From: a virus | Taxonomy: Duplodnaviria; Caudoviricetes | Reading direction: 5' to 3' (one strand) | IMG/VR virus record: IMGVR_UViG_3300005758_000066 | Coordinates: 1 to 30,715 of that record | Length of the DNA stretch: 30,715 nt | Part shown: positions 17,373-25,599 of the stretch, piece after piece | Layout of the letters: each line of letters begins with the position of its first letter | Position numbering within the stretch: position 1 is the stretch's first letter | Notes under the pieces: model-generated | The model's input: only the letters and a program-made list of their open reading frames with translations | What the model was told of the DNA's origin: nothing | Database searches by the model: none | Position numbers and translations under genes: made by a program

Positions 17373-20300
17373 TATCGTTTTTTAGTTGAATCTAATAAAC
17401 CACCTGTTCTTTGTTCATTAGTGATTACATCTAATACAACTGATTTAATTCTATTACTTAATTCTTTAGCATTGCCCTCTGTACCGCTTCCAGTATTATC
17501 AGATTCTTCACCATCTGATTTACCATTTGTAGCATTAACTGTAATATTGATCGCAATATTACTATTAGAAGAATTAGATGTATTTGAAGGAGACATCATA
17601 TCAGATTGAACGGGACCACCATCTTGAAATCTTGCGATTCCAGCGTTGATTCTATTCAATCCACCAACACCATATTTTCTTACAGCTTTACTATTAACAA
17701 CGTATTCGCCACCACTTAAATAAGCTGGTATGCTATCAGTTAAACGAGATCCATATGGTAAAAATCCACCTTGGTTAAGTCCAATAATACCACCCTCTTG
17801 ACGACCTCCACGAATTCTTACATTAGGAACTCTTGGTTTAAAATTACTCATATTTCTAGTGAAATTAGAGGCAGAACCTAAATTACTAAAATTAGCATTT
17901 ACTTGTGTACCATATTCTGGAAATAATGAATTATATGGAGTTGTTGTTCCTTGTACATTGTAATTTGGTTTACCTCCAAACATACTTCCAGGTTTAACTG
18001 AAATTCCTGATGCTGCAAATCTACTAGCAGAAATATCATTGAATGTAGACTTAGTTATAGGAGAAGATCCAAAACTTGATTTATTAATCACGGATCCATC
18101 TCCTAATGTTACAGAACCCCCGCTATTTATTAATTTTTTAGCATCACTAAAGCTTGTAACTTGAGTAGTTGTTTTACCATCAGCCATTGTGCCAGTTGCT
18201 CCTTTTAGATTTGCAGAAGCTGCTGAACTTTCTCTCGCAGCACTAACTGCTGATGAAATACCCATAGATATACCAGTTGTTATCAATGTTCCTAAAAATT
18301 GATTTAATAAAGCCTTTCTTTCTGCGCGTTTCTTTTCTTTAGCGGCTTCTTCTTCTCTTATTTTATCCATATAGTTTTGGAACTCTGGACTCTGTTCTCT
18401 TCCAAACATGCTTAATCTTTCAAATGCCGCGCCAGCATCTGCACTTGCAGACATCGTACCGGGGTCTCCACCTGTTGCAAAACGAGGAAATGCATTAAAA
18501 TTCATATTATCAATTGCTTTTGGACCTCCCAAAGCTCTTACAGCATTTCTATTTAATACATATTCGCCATCCTCAAGCAACGCTGGATTTTTATCTCCAG
18601 TTCTTCCACCGCTGATATACATTCCCTTTTGAGCGCGAATAATACCACCTCTTTGTTTAAAATTAGGTTCAACACCAGCGGCTGGTTGACCAAATGAAAA
18701 TGCACTGCCAACGCTACCGACTATATTATTAGCAATATTACGCAACATCATTCCTTGAATTTCTCTCAAGAAAGAAGCAGCAACTCCCATCAAAGCTGAT
18801 TCAAGATCATCAGCTTTGTTAAGAGCAGCATCCATAGCTCCAACCAAACCATCTCTGAAAAGACCTGGAATTTTTTCTCCAAAATCTTTTCTGAAAGTTT
18901 CTCTTTCTTGATTTATAGTATTAAATCCAGCACTTAAACCAACAGAAAAAGACTTAGCATCACGAAGTCTTCTTCTGTCTTCTTCATTTCTTATTTTTAA
19001 TAATTCTGTTTCTTCTTTAACTTTAATATTTATATCTCTGTGAATAGTTTCAAGATCTTTCAAAGTATTAACTTCATCTTGATACATTGGATCTAGTTTA
19101 TCTAAGCCAGCAAGATATTCTTTTTGATATTTTATTAATTCAGGCAAACTTTCTAATGTTAATTTATCTGCATCTTTTTTATTTGCAAAATAAGAATTTT
19201 TCATTCTAGCTGCTATTCCAGCGCTTAAAGGAGATCCACTTGCTTCTAATTTTCTTATTTCATTATTAATTCTATTAATTGCAGCTTCAGCAACTTTTCT
19301 CGCATTTTCTATATCTGATCTAGTTTGTAACTCTAATGATTTTTTACTTTCTTGCTCTCTATATCTAATTTGCAATTCTGATTGTTGTTGCATAGGCATA
19401 TTATAAAAATTAGGTTGATAATTTAAATAACTTTGACTTTTTGCTTGATCAATTTTAAATTGACTTTCTTGTTCTCGCAAAATTGTTTCTCTTTGAGATG
19501 CATACCTAGCAGAACTAGCGGCAGCATTAGCTTCAAAGATTGCCAATTCTTTTCTAATTCTTTGTTGACGAGCGTTTTCTTCAAGAATTTTAGTTTCTCT
19601 TTGTAAATTTGCAGATCTTTCTTCTTCAGCAAATTTTTGCGCTCTTAATAGTTCTTTGAATTTATTTATAGTATCTTCAGTTACATTCTGATTAACAATA
19701 GATTCAAAAAATGATTGATATTCTTGAACGCCAGCATTTTTATTAGCCGTCAATGTTTCTAATCTAGCCATTATATCAGGACTAGCTCCGAAAACAGGAG
19801 TATTGCGAATTTGTTCAGCAAAGGTTTTAGAAAATTCAAAATTAGCTTTACGAGTTTCTCTATCGAAAGAATTTTGTAAAAATGATTTTTTATCTTTTAA
19901 TTCAGACTCTACAAATTGTGCTGGAGTTAATAATCCTTCAATTAATACATTATTAAATGTTGATTTTAATTCATCGAATTTATCTTTAAATTCTTCGGCA
20001 GCTAAATTTCTCTTTAATTCAATATTTGTTTCACTTAAAAAGTTTTCTATAGCTGTATATATACTTGTGGCTGATCTTTGAACATTTAGAGTTCCAGCGC
20101 CTTTTTTAATATCTTGTTTTGCAGATATCATATTACCAAATCTTTCGTTCAAAAATCTTATCGCTTTATAATCTTGACCTGCCGAACTTTCACCTAAAAT
20201 TTTATCATAAAAACTTGGATCAAAAGTGGTTTTAAAATCTTCAAAAAGTTTAATTTGTTGTTTTGGATCTAAAGATTTAACTATATCAGATTGTTTCAAA

Positions 20301-23300
20301 AGAGTTTGTATTATACCTCCTTTTTCAAATAAAGTCGCTCTTTCATCTCTATTACTAGCCTTAATAAGAATAGCACCAATTTTTTTAAAGCTATCATCAA
20401 TTGTAGCTAACTCAGCAATTGTTTGCATAGCTCTTTCGACATCATACTCTGTTCTATCAGATGCTCCTAATATAGATAAACTCATTACTTTTTGTCGTTT
20501 TTCATTTCTTTGTTCAAATTGTTCAAATAAATTTTGTACTTCTACACTAGTACCTGTAGGACTAATTTGATTTCTTAAAGCAGATGGAATCTTTAATAAA
20601 AATTTCTGTCTCTCTTTTTCTGTTTTTAATTGTTCTTTTGGAGATAAACCACCTTGTTCAAGTTTCTTTAATGAATTTAAATATCCTTGAACAGCATCTT
20701 CTTGTTCCTTGTCTCTTTGTATAAAATCTCCAACAACTTTATTAAAATCTTCTACTTTATCTTTTGCAGAAGTCATGGCTCCTGAAAATCCTACTATTGC
20801 ACCTATAGCCGCACCAGCCGCAGTTCCAATTCCTGGTAAAACCATACTACCAATAAAAGCTCCAGTACTTGCACCAGTTAATGTTGCACTTGCACCTGTT
20901 GATGCTAGTCTTTCTGCATATCCCATTTGAGATCTATCTCTACCTCTTGCGACTATAGATTCTAATTGCCCAGCAATCATTGGAACCGCAATTTGAAAAG
21001 CAGGATTATTTACTACATTTGTTAATTTATTATTTAAACTTTGAAAACGACTTGGTTGTGTTGGTTGTGTTATATTATTTGGATTTATTGCTACTCTACT
21101 AGATGATGCTGTAGGCATTGCTCTAGGCGTATTAGCTGCCGCTTGAGCAGTTGCCTGTGCAGCAGCTTTTTGTTGAGCAACAGCATTTTGTTGTAAAGCT
21201 TTAACTAAAGCATTATTAGCATCATTAACTATAGATGCTGACTTAGTACTTTGTTGTAAAACCAATGCATTAGTTTGAACTGTATTAACTAAAATCTGTT
21301 GTTGTTGAGATGTTAATTTCGTATTTCTAGTTAATTCACTCAATGCCTTATTCATATCAACAAACAATTTTTGTTCATTTGTTCCTAATCCCGTAAAAGG
21401 AATTCCAAAAGTTTGTTTAGCATTTACAGTAGCAAAATTAGGAATATAACCACTACTCATCAATCCAGCAGCTTCTTGATTACGCATTGAATCATTTAAA
21501 GCATTTTTTAAACCGCCATGATCAGATATTGCTGAAGCAAAATTTGGTTGATCACTATTTCTAATAAATGGAAAAGGTCCAGTTGTGGTATCAAGAATAG
21601 CATTCTTGCCACTCATGTTTTCTTCAAGACTCATTACTGATTGTTTGTATGCAAAATTAGGAATAAAACCTTTATTCAAACCAAACATTCCTTGATCGTT
21701 AGGATAAGTTTTAGCAAACTCAGTGGCTAATTTAGCAAACGTATTTGGATCATTTAAATTTAAATTTCTTTTCTTAGCTGTTTCTATTAACCAATTTTTT
21801 TGAAAAGAGTTTCTACCTTTAATAAAATTAAAATTAGGTATAAAACCTGAAGACATTTTATTTTCTAATTGAGACTTTTTAAATTGATAAGCGTATTGAA
21901 GAGACCAAACAGGATCATTTTCTGGAGGCCATGTAGATTTATTTTTTGATAAATCTTGCGGATTCATTGGGAACTCATAACTACCATTATTAAATGCTGG
22001 ATCTAAAAACCAATGCTTCATTGGCAATTTTTTATTTTTTACATCACCTTTTCTTAATTTTCTGTAACCGTCCCAAATTCTTCTAGCTTTATCACTAACT
22101 GTAAATCTATCGGATGTCAACCACGCTCCTTTTTTTGATACTTCAGCTAATACCGCATCATATAAAGAAATACCAAATCCAGAACCAGGAATGCTTACGC
22201 TAGAAGATCCAACTGAATATAAATCTGTAGTTTCAGGAACAAGAAAAGCCTTAACTCCACCTGTTAATTTTTTACCTTTTACTTCTGAACCTTTACTATA
22301 AAAAGATTCAACCGCATCTTTACCGCTGTTTATTTTAATTTTTGGATTAGCAAAATTAGGAATAAAACCTCCAGCAGCATTCATTCTCAAAAAGTTAGGA
22401 TCTTTAACATATCTTTCTAGTAACATATTTGTTTCTGCCGATAATTCTTTTACAAAATTAGGAGTATTCTTCAACATTTGAGAATAACTTGTTCCAGCTA
22501 ATTGAATAAAATTTTTACCAAATTCAGATGGCAATTGATTTTCATGTCCTGGCTCATTAAAAATCATAATCGCTTCTTTTATTTTAGCCGCTTGTTCAGG
22601 ATTAGTTTTAAGAACTCTATTATATTTATCGGTCATGTGTTTAGCAACTGAACCGCCCGATAAATTAATTTTTGGAAAACCTTTATAATCAACACCAATT
22701 ATTCCAGCTTTTTGTAAAAAACCTGCATCAAAAGCGGTTTGATCACGAATCGCTCCAGATTGTAATGCGCTACCTGTAACTAATTCACCAAATATATTTG
22801 ATTGATTTACTAATTGTAATGCTCTTCTTCCAAAAGCTTCGTATAATGGACCAAAAATATTAGGATCACCCTGTTTATCGGCGTTTTTGGCAGTGCTTCT
22901 GAATTGAGTTTGTCTAAATGTATCTACATCACTAGCTTTAGAGATGCCTAATGTAGGTTGAATATTATCATAAGCTGGATTAGCAAATTTTTTGAACCAA
23001 GGAATTCTCATTGCGCTAGTAGGAGGAGCAAAATTAGGAATGAAACCTTGAGATTTTTGAGCAACAGCGTGAATAACTGTACCTAATTTAGCAGAAATTA
23101 CATCTTTTTCTTTATTTCTTTTGAATGAATTTGGAGATGTTTTTGCATAACCTCTTAAAAATTTTTCTAATATAACCTCATCAGAAACATCGTTTTTCCT
23201 AACTTTTGTTTCTACAAAAGAAACCCTATTTGCAATAATCTTGCTAAAATCAGGTCCAATTTGATTGATCAGTTTACTATGTTTACTAAATATTTTTGCA

Positions 23301-25576
23301 GTATCATTTTCTGCAAATCCTCCAGCAATTTTATTTAAATGTTTTTTTGCATCTGTAGTATCTGGTTCTTCAAAGTATTTTTTTTCTAAAGCTTGAGCGT
23401 ATCCTCCAGTTACATTTTTTAAATATTTATTTGCATTTTCTAAACCACCATTTGCCCCTTGTGTTTTATAAATTTTCAAAGCATTGTTAAAAGCATAAGC
23501 CGCTTTCAATCGATATTCATCATATGTGTATGGCAATTTGAACATTTTTATTAATCCTTGATCATCATATTTATCATAATATGTTTGATTATCAACTCGA
23601 TCTCCTACATCATAAAGATTATTTAAACTTTCCTTTCCTAACGATTTAATGCTTTTTTCTGCAAAATTAGGAATAAATCCACTAGCCATATATGGATCAA
23701 TACCTGTTCTATTTATAGCATTTTGTCTATGTTTGCGACCAGCTTTTGAATTAGCAGGAGGATTTATAAAAGGTTGAGCAAAACCAGAAACATATTTTAC
23801 TTCTTCCGCAGAATTCATGTATGTATTAGCACCAACTGATCTTGGAGCTTTTACAACTTTGCCCGATTTATAACCACCCATTGCTGCACCCATTCTTTCA
23901 GACATTTCAGCAAAAGCTGGAATATGACCACCAGCTTTGATTCTTGGTCCAACTTGTATACCTCTACTTCCAACAGTAACATTTTGAGCAGCTAATAATG
24001 GTGCTAATTGTTGAGCGATTTGTAATTGTTGTTGATATTGAGCGGTTTGTAATTTAGCGTAATTTAATATTGTTGCTGCTTGAGTAGCCGCATTGCCTTG
24101 CTGACCTTGCAAAGCTAAAGATAAATTTGATTGCGTTTGTAATATTGCAATAATTGATTTTTCAATATTAGCTCTTTTTTGAGCTTCAGTTGTTAAACCT
24201 AAAATTGCTGGCAAAGCTTTTGTAGCATCTTCAAAAGTATTTTTAGCAACTTTAGCAATAACTGCAAATGTAACTGCTAAACCTGGACCAGCAATTACAT
24301 TTCTTATTCCTTTTAATAAACCATTAGCAAAAATTGAACCTGGACCTTCGCCTTCTAATGTATCATTTATATATTTTACTGCATCATTAATTGGTGAAAC
24401 AATAGCTTCAAATAATGGAGCAAAAGTTACTTTACCAATATTATTAGCTAATTGTTGCAAACCAACTCCTGTCTGTGCTGCCAATGCTGATAAAGTTTTA
24501 TTTAATTTCTGATTAGCTATATCAGCTTCGTTTGAAGCTTGTGCGCCTCTTTCAAGAGCTTTTGAATATGTGCTTTGAACACCAGTTAAATCTGTAATTA
24601 TTCCTTTAAGAATGTTTACTTGATAAACACCAGCAACTTGTTCTGATAATTGTGCGCGTTGAGCATCAGCTAAATCATTATATTTATTTGCGAAATTCTG
24701 CAATATTTGCACTGCTGGTAAAATATTACCTTGGACATCACGAACAATTATGTTAAATTTTTCTAATTGATCAAGTGTTTCAGTTCTTTGTAAACGAGTA
24801 AAAATAGTTTTTAATGCGTTACCAATTACTGCTCCACCTCTTGCTGTATTTTGTTGAGCAGTTGTAACTAAAGCATTTAATTCATCGAAATCAACGCCAG
24901 CTTCTTGAGCAGCTTGACCTGTTCTAGATAATGCTTCGGTCAAGTCCGCTGCTGAAACAGCGAAATCTTGTTCAACCGCTGCTAATTTATTTACAACCTG
25001 AGTTGTTGTTAATCCAGCTTTAGAAAAACCGTTGATAGTTGCTGTTAGATCTTCTACAGCTTTTGTTGAACTTATTCCTGTAAGACGAACTAATGTTAAT
25101 GCATCAGCAGTTCTTTTTAGAGTTTCTTCTGTATCTAAACCTTGACGGGAAAACTCTAGCGCAGCTTTACTAGCATCATTAAATGATGAAGCTGTTTGTT
25201 TTGAAACATTGAATAATTCCGAAGAAAATTTTTGCAAACCCGACGTAGATAAGTTAAGTACACGATTAATATCTGTTAATGATTTTTCAACTTCTATTGT
25301 TACATTTGCAATCTCTTTAAAAGCTTTAGTAACACCACCTAAAACAGCAGTTGAAGCGCCGAATGCTAATACGCGAGCATTAGAAGCTTTAAGCGCAGAC
25401 TCAAAATCAGCAAGATCACTCGTAATTCTTCCCAATGGCTGAGAAAAATTTCTTGAATTGATCTGTAAATTTAATTGATTTTGTCCCGCATATCTAGCGT
25501 TAAAAGCCGCAACTCCTTGAGCTATGCTTTGAGCTAATGCTGTTTGACTGGCTTGAACATTAATCTGTACAGACAT
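17372..25576 (-). CDS. Tail tape measure protein (TP901-type N-terminal core) carrying an internal array of enzyme-like cassettes
   Basis: 2734 aa. N-terminal TMP core EKSLTDINRVL...AALEFSRQG...LTATINGF...AVSAADLTEALSR...VDFDELNALVT...GAVIGNALKTIFTRL. Long Ala/Gln/Glu/Lys helical tracts, a Gly/Ala hydrophobic segment (GAFIGSMVLPGIGTAAGAAIGAIVG), and C-terminal DSIPAYLSGGEYVV motifs. Follows the chaperone pair. Confidence 0.93.
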   Translation of the reverse strand: MSVQINVQASQTALAQSIAQGVAAFNARYAGQNQLNLQINSRNFSQPLGRITSDLADFESALKASNARVLAFGASTAVLGGVTKAFKEIANVTIEVEKSLTDINRVLNLSTSGLQKFSSELFNVSKQTASSFNDASKAALEFSRQGLDTEETLKRTADALTLVRLTGISSTKAVEDLTATINGFSKAGLTTTQVVNKLAAVEQDFAVSAADLTEALSRTGQAAQEAGVDFDELNALVTTAQQNTARGGAVIGNALKTIFTRLQRTETLDQLEKFNIIVRDVQGNILPAVQILQNFANKYNDLADAQRAQLSEQVAGVYQVNILKGIITDLTGVQSTYSKALERGAQASNEADIANQKLNKTLSALAAQTGVGLQQLANNIGKVTFAPLFEAIVSPINDAVKYINDTLEGEGPGSIFANGLLKGIRNVIAGPGLAVTFAVIAKVAKNTFEDATKALPAILGLTTEAQKRANIEKSIIAILQTQSNLSLALQGQQGNAATQAATILNYAKLQTAQYQQQLQIAQQLAPLLAAQNVTVGSRGIQVGPRIKAGGHIPAFAEMSERMGAAMGGYKSGKVVKAPRSVGANTYMNSAEEVKYVSGFAQPFINPPANSKAGRKHRQNAINRTGIDPYMASGFIPNFAEKSIKSLGKESLNNLYDVGDRVDNQTYYDKYDDQGLIKMFKLPYTYDEYRLKAAYAFNNALKIYKTQGANGGLENANKYLKNVTGGYAQALEKKYFEEPDTTDAKKHLNKIAGGFAENDTAKIFSKHSKLINQIGPDFSKIIANRVSFVETKVRKNDVSDEVILEKFLRGYAKTSPNSFKRNKEKDVISAKLGTVIHAVAQKSQGFIPNFAPPTSAMRIPWFKKFANPAYDNIQPTLGISKASDVDTFRQTQFRSTAKNADKQGDPNIFGPLYEAFGRRALQLVNQSNIFGELVTGSALQSGAIRDQTAFDAGFLQKAGIIGVDYKGFPKINLSGGSVAKHMTDKYNRVLKTNPEQAAKIKEAIMIFNEPGHENQLPSEFGKNFIQLAGTSYSQMLKNTPNFVKELSAETNMLLERYVKDPNFLRMNAAGGFIPNFANPKIKINSGKDAVESFYSKGSEVKGKKLTGGVKAFLVPETTDLYSVGSSSVSIPGSGFGISLYDAVLAEVSKKGAWLTSDRFTVSDKARRIWDGYRKLRKGDVKNKKLPMKHWFLDPAFNNGSYEFPMNPQDLSKNKSTWPPENDPVWSLQYAYQFKKSQLENKMSSGFIPNFNFIKGRNSFQKNWLIETAKKRNLNLNDPNTFAKLATEFAKTYPNDQGMFGLNKGFIPNFAYKQSVMSLEENMSGKNAILDTTTGPFPFIRNSDQPNFASAISDHGGLKNALNDSMRNQEAAGLMSSGYIPNFATVNAKQTFGIPFTGLGTNEQKLFVDMNKALSELTRNTKLTSQQQQILVNTVQTNALVLQQSTKSASIVNDANNALVKALQQNAVAQQKAAAQATAQAAANTPRAMPTASSSRVAINPNNITQPTQPSRFQSLNNKLTNVVNNPAFQIAVPMIAGQLESIVARGRDRSQMGYAERLASTGASATLTGASTGAFIGSMVLPGIGTAAGAAIGAIVGFSGAMTSAKDKVEDFNKVVGDFIQRDKEQEDAVQGYLNSLKKLEQGGLSPKEQLKTEKERQKFLLKIPSALRNQISPTGTSVEVQNLFEQFEQRNEKRQKVMSLSILGASDRTEYDVERAMQTIAELATIDDSFKKIGAILIKASNRDERATLFEKGGIIQTLLKQSDIVKSLDPKQQIKLFEDFKTTFDPSFYDKILGESSAGQDYKAIRFLNERFGNMISAKQDIKKGAGTLNVQRSATSIYTAIENFLSETNIELKRNLAAEEFKDKFDELKSTFNNVLIEGLLTPAQFVESELKDKKSFLQNSFDRETRKANFEFSKTFAEQIRNTPVFGASPDIMARLETLTANKNAGVQEYQSFFESIVNQNVTEDTINKFKELLRAQKFAEEERSANLQRETKILEENARQQRIRKELAIFEANAAASSARYASQRETILREQESQFKIDQAKSQSYLNYQPNFYNMPMQQQSELQIRYREQESKKSLELQTRSDIENARKVAEAAINRINNEIRKLEASGSPLSAGIAARMKNSYFANKKDADKLTLESLPELIKYQKEYLAGLDKLDPMYQDEVNTLKDLETIHRDINIKVKEETELLKIRNEEDRRRLRDAKSFSVGLSAGFNTINQERETFRKDFGEKIPGLFRDGLVGAMDAALNKADDLESALMGVAASFLREIQGMMLRNIANNIVGSVGSAFSFGQPAAGVEPNFKQRGGIIRAQKGMYISGGRTGDKNPALLEDGEYVLNRNAVRALGGPKAIDNMNFNAFPRFATGGDPGTMSASADAGAAFERLSMFGREQSPEFQNYMDKIREEEAAKEKKRAERKALLNQFLGTLITTGISMGISSAVSAARESSAASANLKGATGTMADGKTTTQVTSFSDAKKLINSGGSVTLGDGSVINKSSFGSSPITKSTFNDISASRFAASGISVKPGSMFGGKPNYNVQGTTTPYNSLFPEYGTQVNANFSNLGSASNFTRNMSNFKPRVPNVRIRGGRQEGGIIGLNQGGFLPYGSRLTDSIPAYLSGGEYVVNSKAVRKYGVGGLNRINAGIARFQDGGPVQSDMMSPSNTSNSSNSNIAINITVNATNGKSDGEESDNTGSGTEGNAKELSNRIKSVVLDVITNEQRTGGLLDSTKKR
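21431..23929 (-). repeat. Seven dispersed copies of the peptide motif G-[FYH]-I-P-[NA]-F-[AN] inside the TMP
   Basis: Copies at 23909-23929 (GHIPAFA, aa550), 23660-23680 (GFIPNFA, aa633), 23027-23047 (aa844), 22349-22369 (aa1070), 21827-21847 (GFIPNFN, aa1244), 21650-21670 (aa1303) and 21431-21451 (GYIPNFA, aa1376). Confidence 0.95.
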
Positions 25577-25584
25577 ATATCCAA

Positions 25585-25593
25585 TATTTACAC
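25585..25593 (-). promoter_or_regulatory. GTGTAAATA motif, putative late promoter element upstream of the TMP
   Basis: In the 23-bp intergenic gap. GTGTAA followed by 11 nt then ATG (25576). Confidence 0.45.
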
Positions 25594-25599
25594 ATAAAA

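Noticed and set aside
21431-23929. CRISPR-like or RNA repeat array from the repeated aaaattaggaat sequence
   Set aside because: Spacing is irregular (156-657 nt), all copies are in frame in one ORF, and variation is mostly synonymous, so it is a peptide motif.
17372-25576. Peptidoglycan hydrolase domain (SLT, M23, NlpC/P60) in the TMP
   Set aside because: No ES...A.GLMQ, HxGxD or DCSG motifs found by eye. A divergent one cannot be excluded without a profile search.
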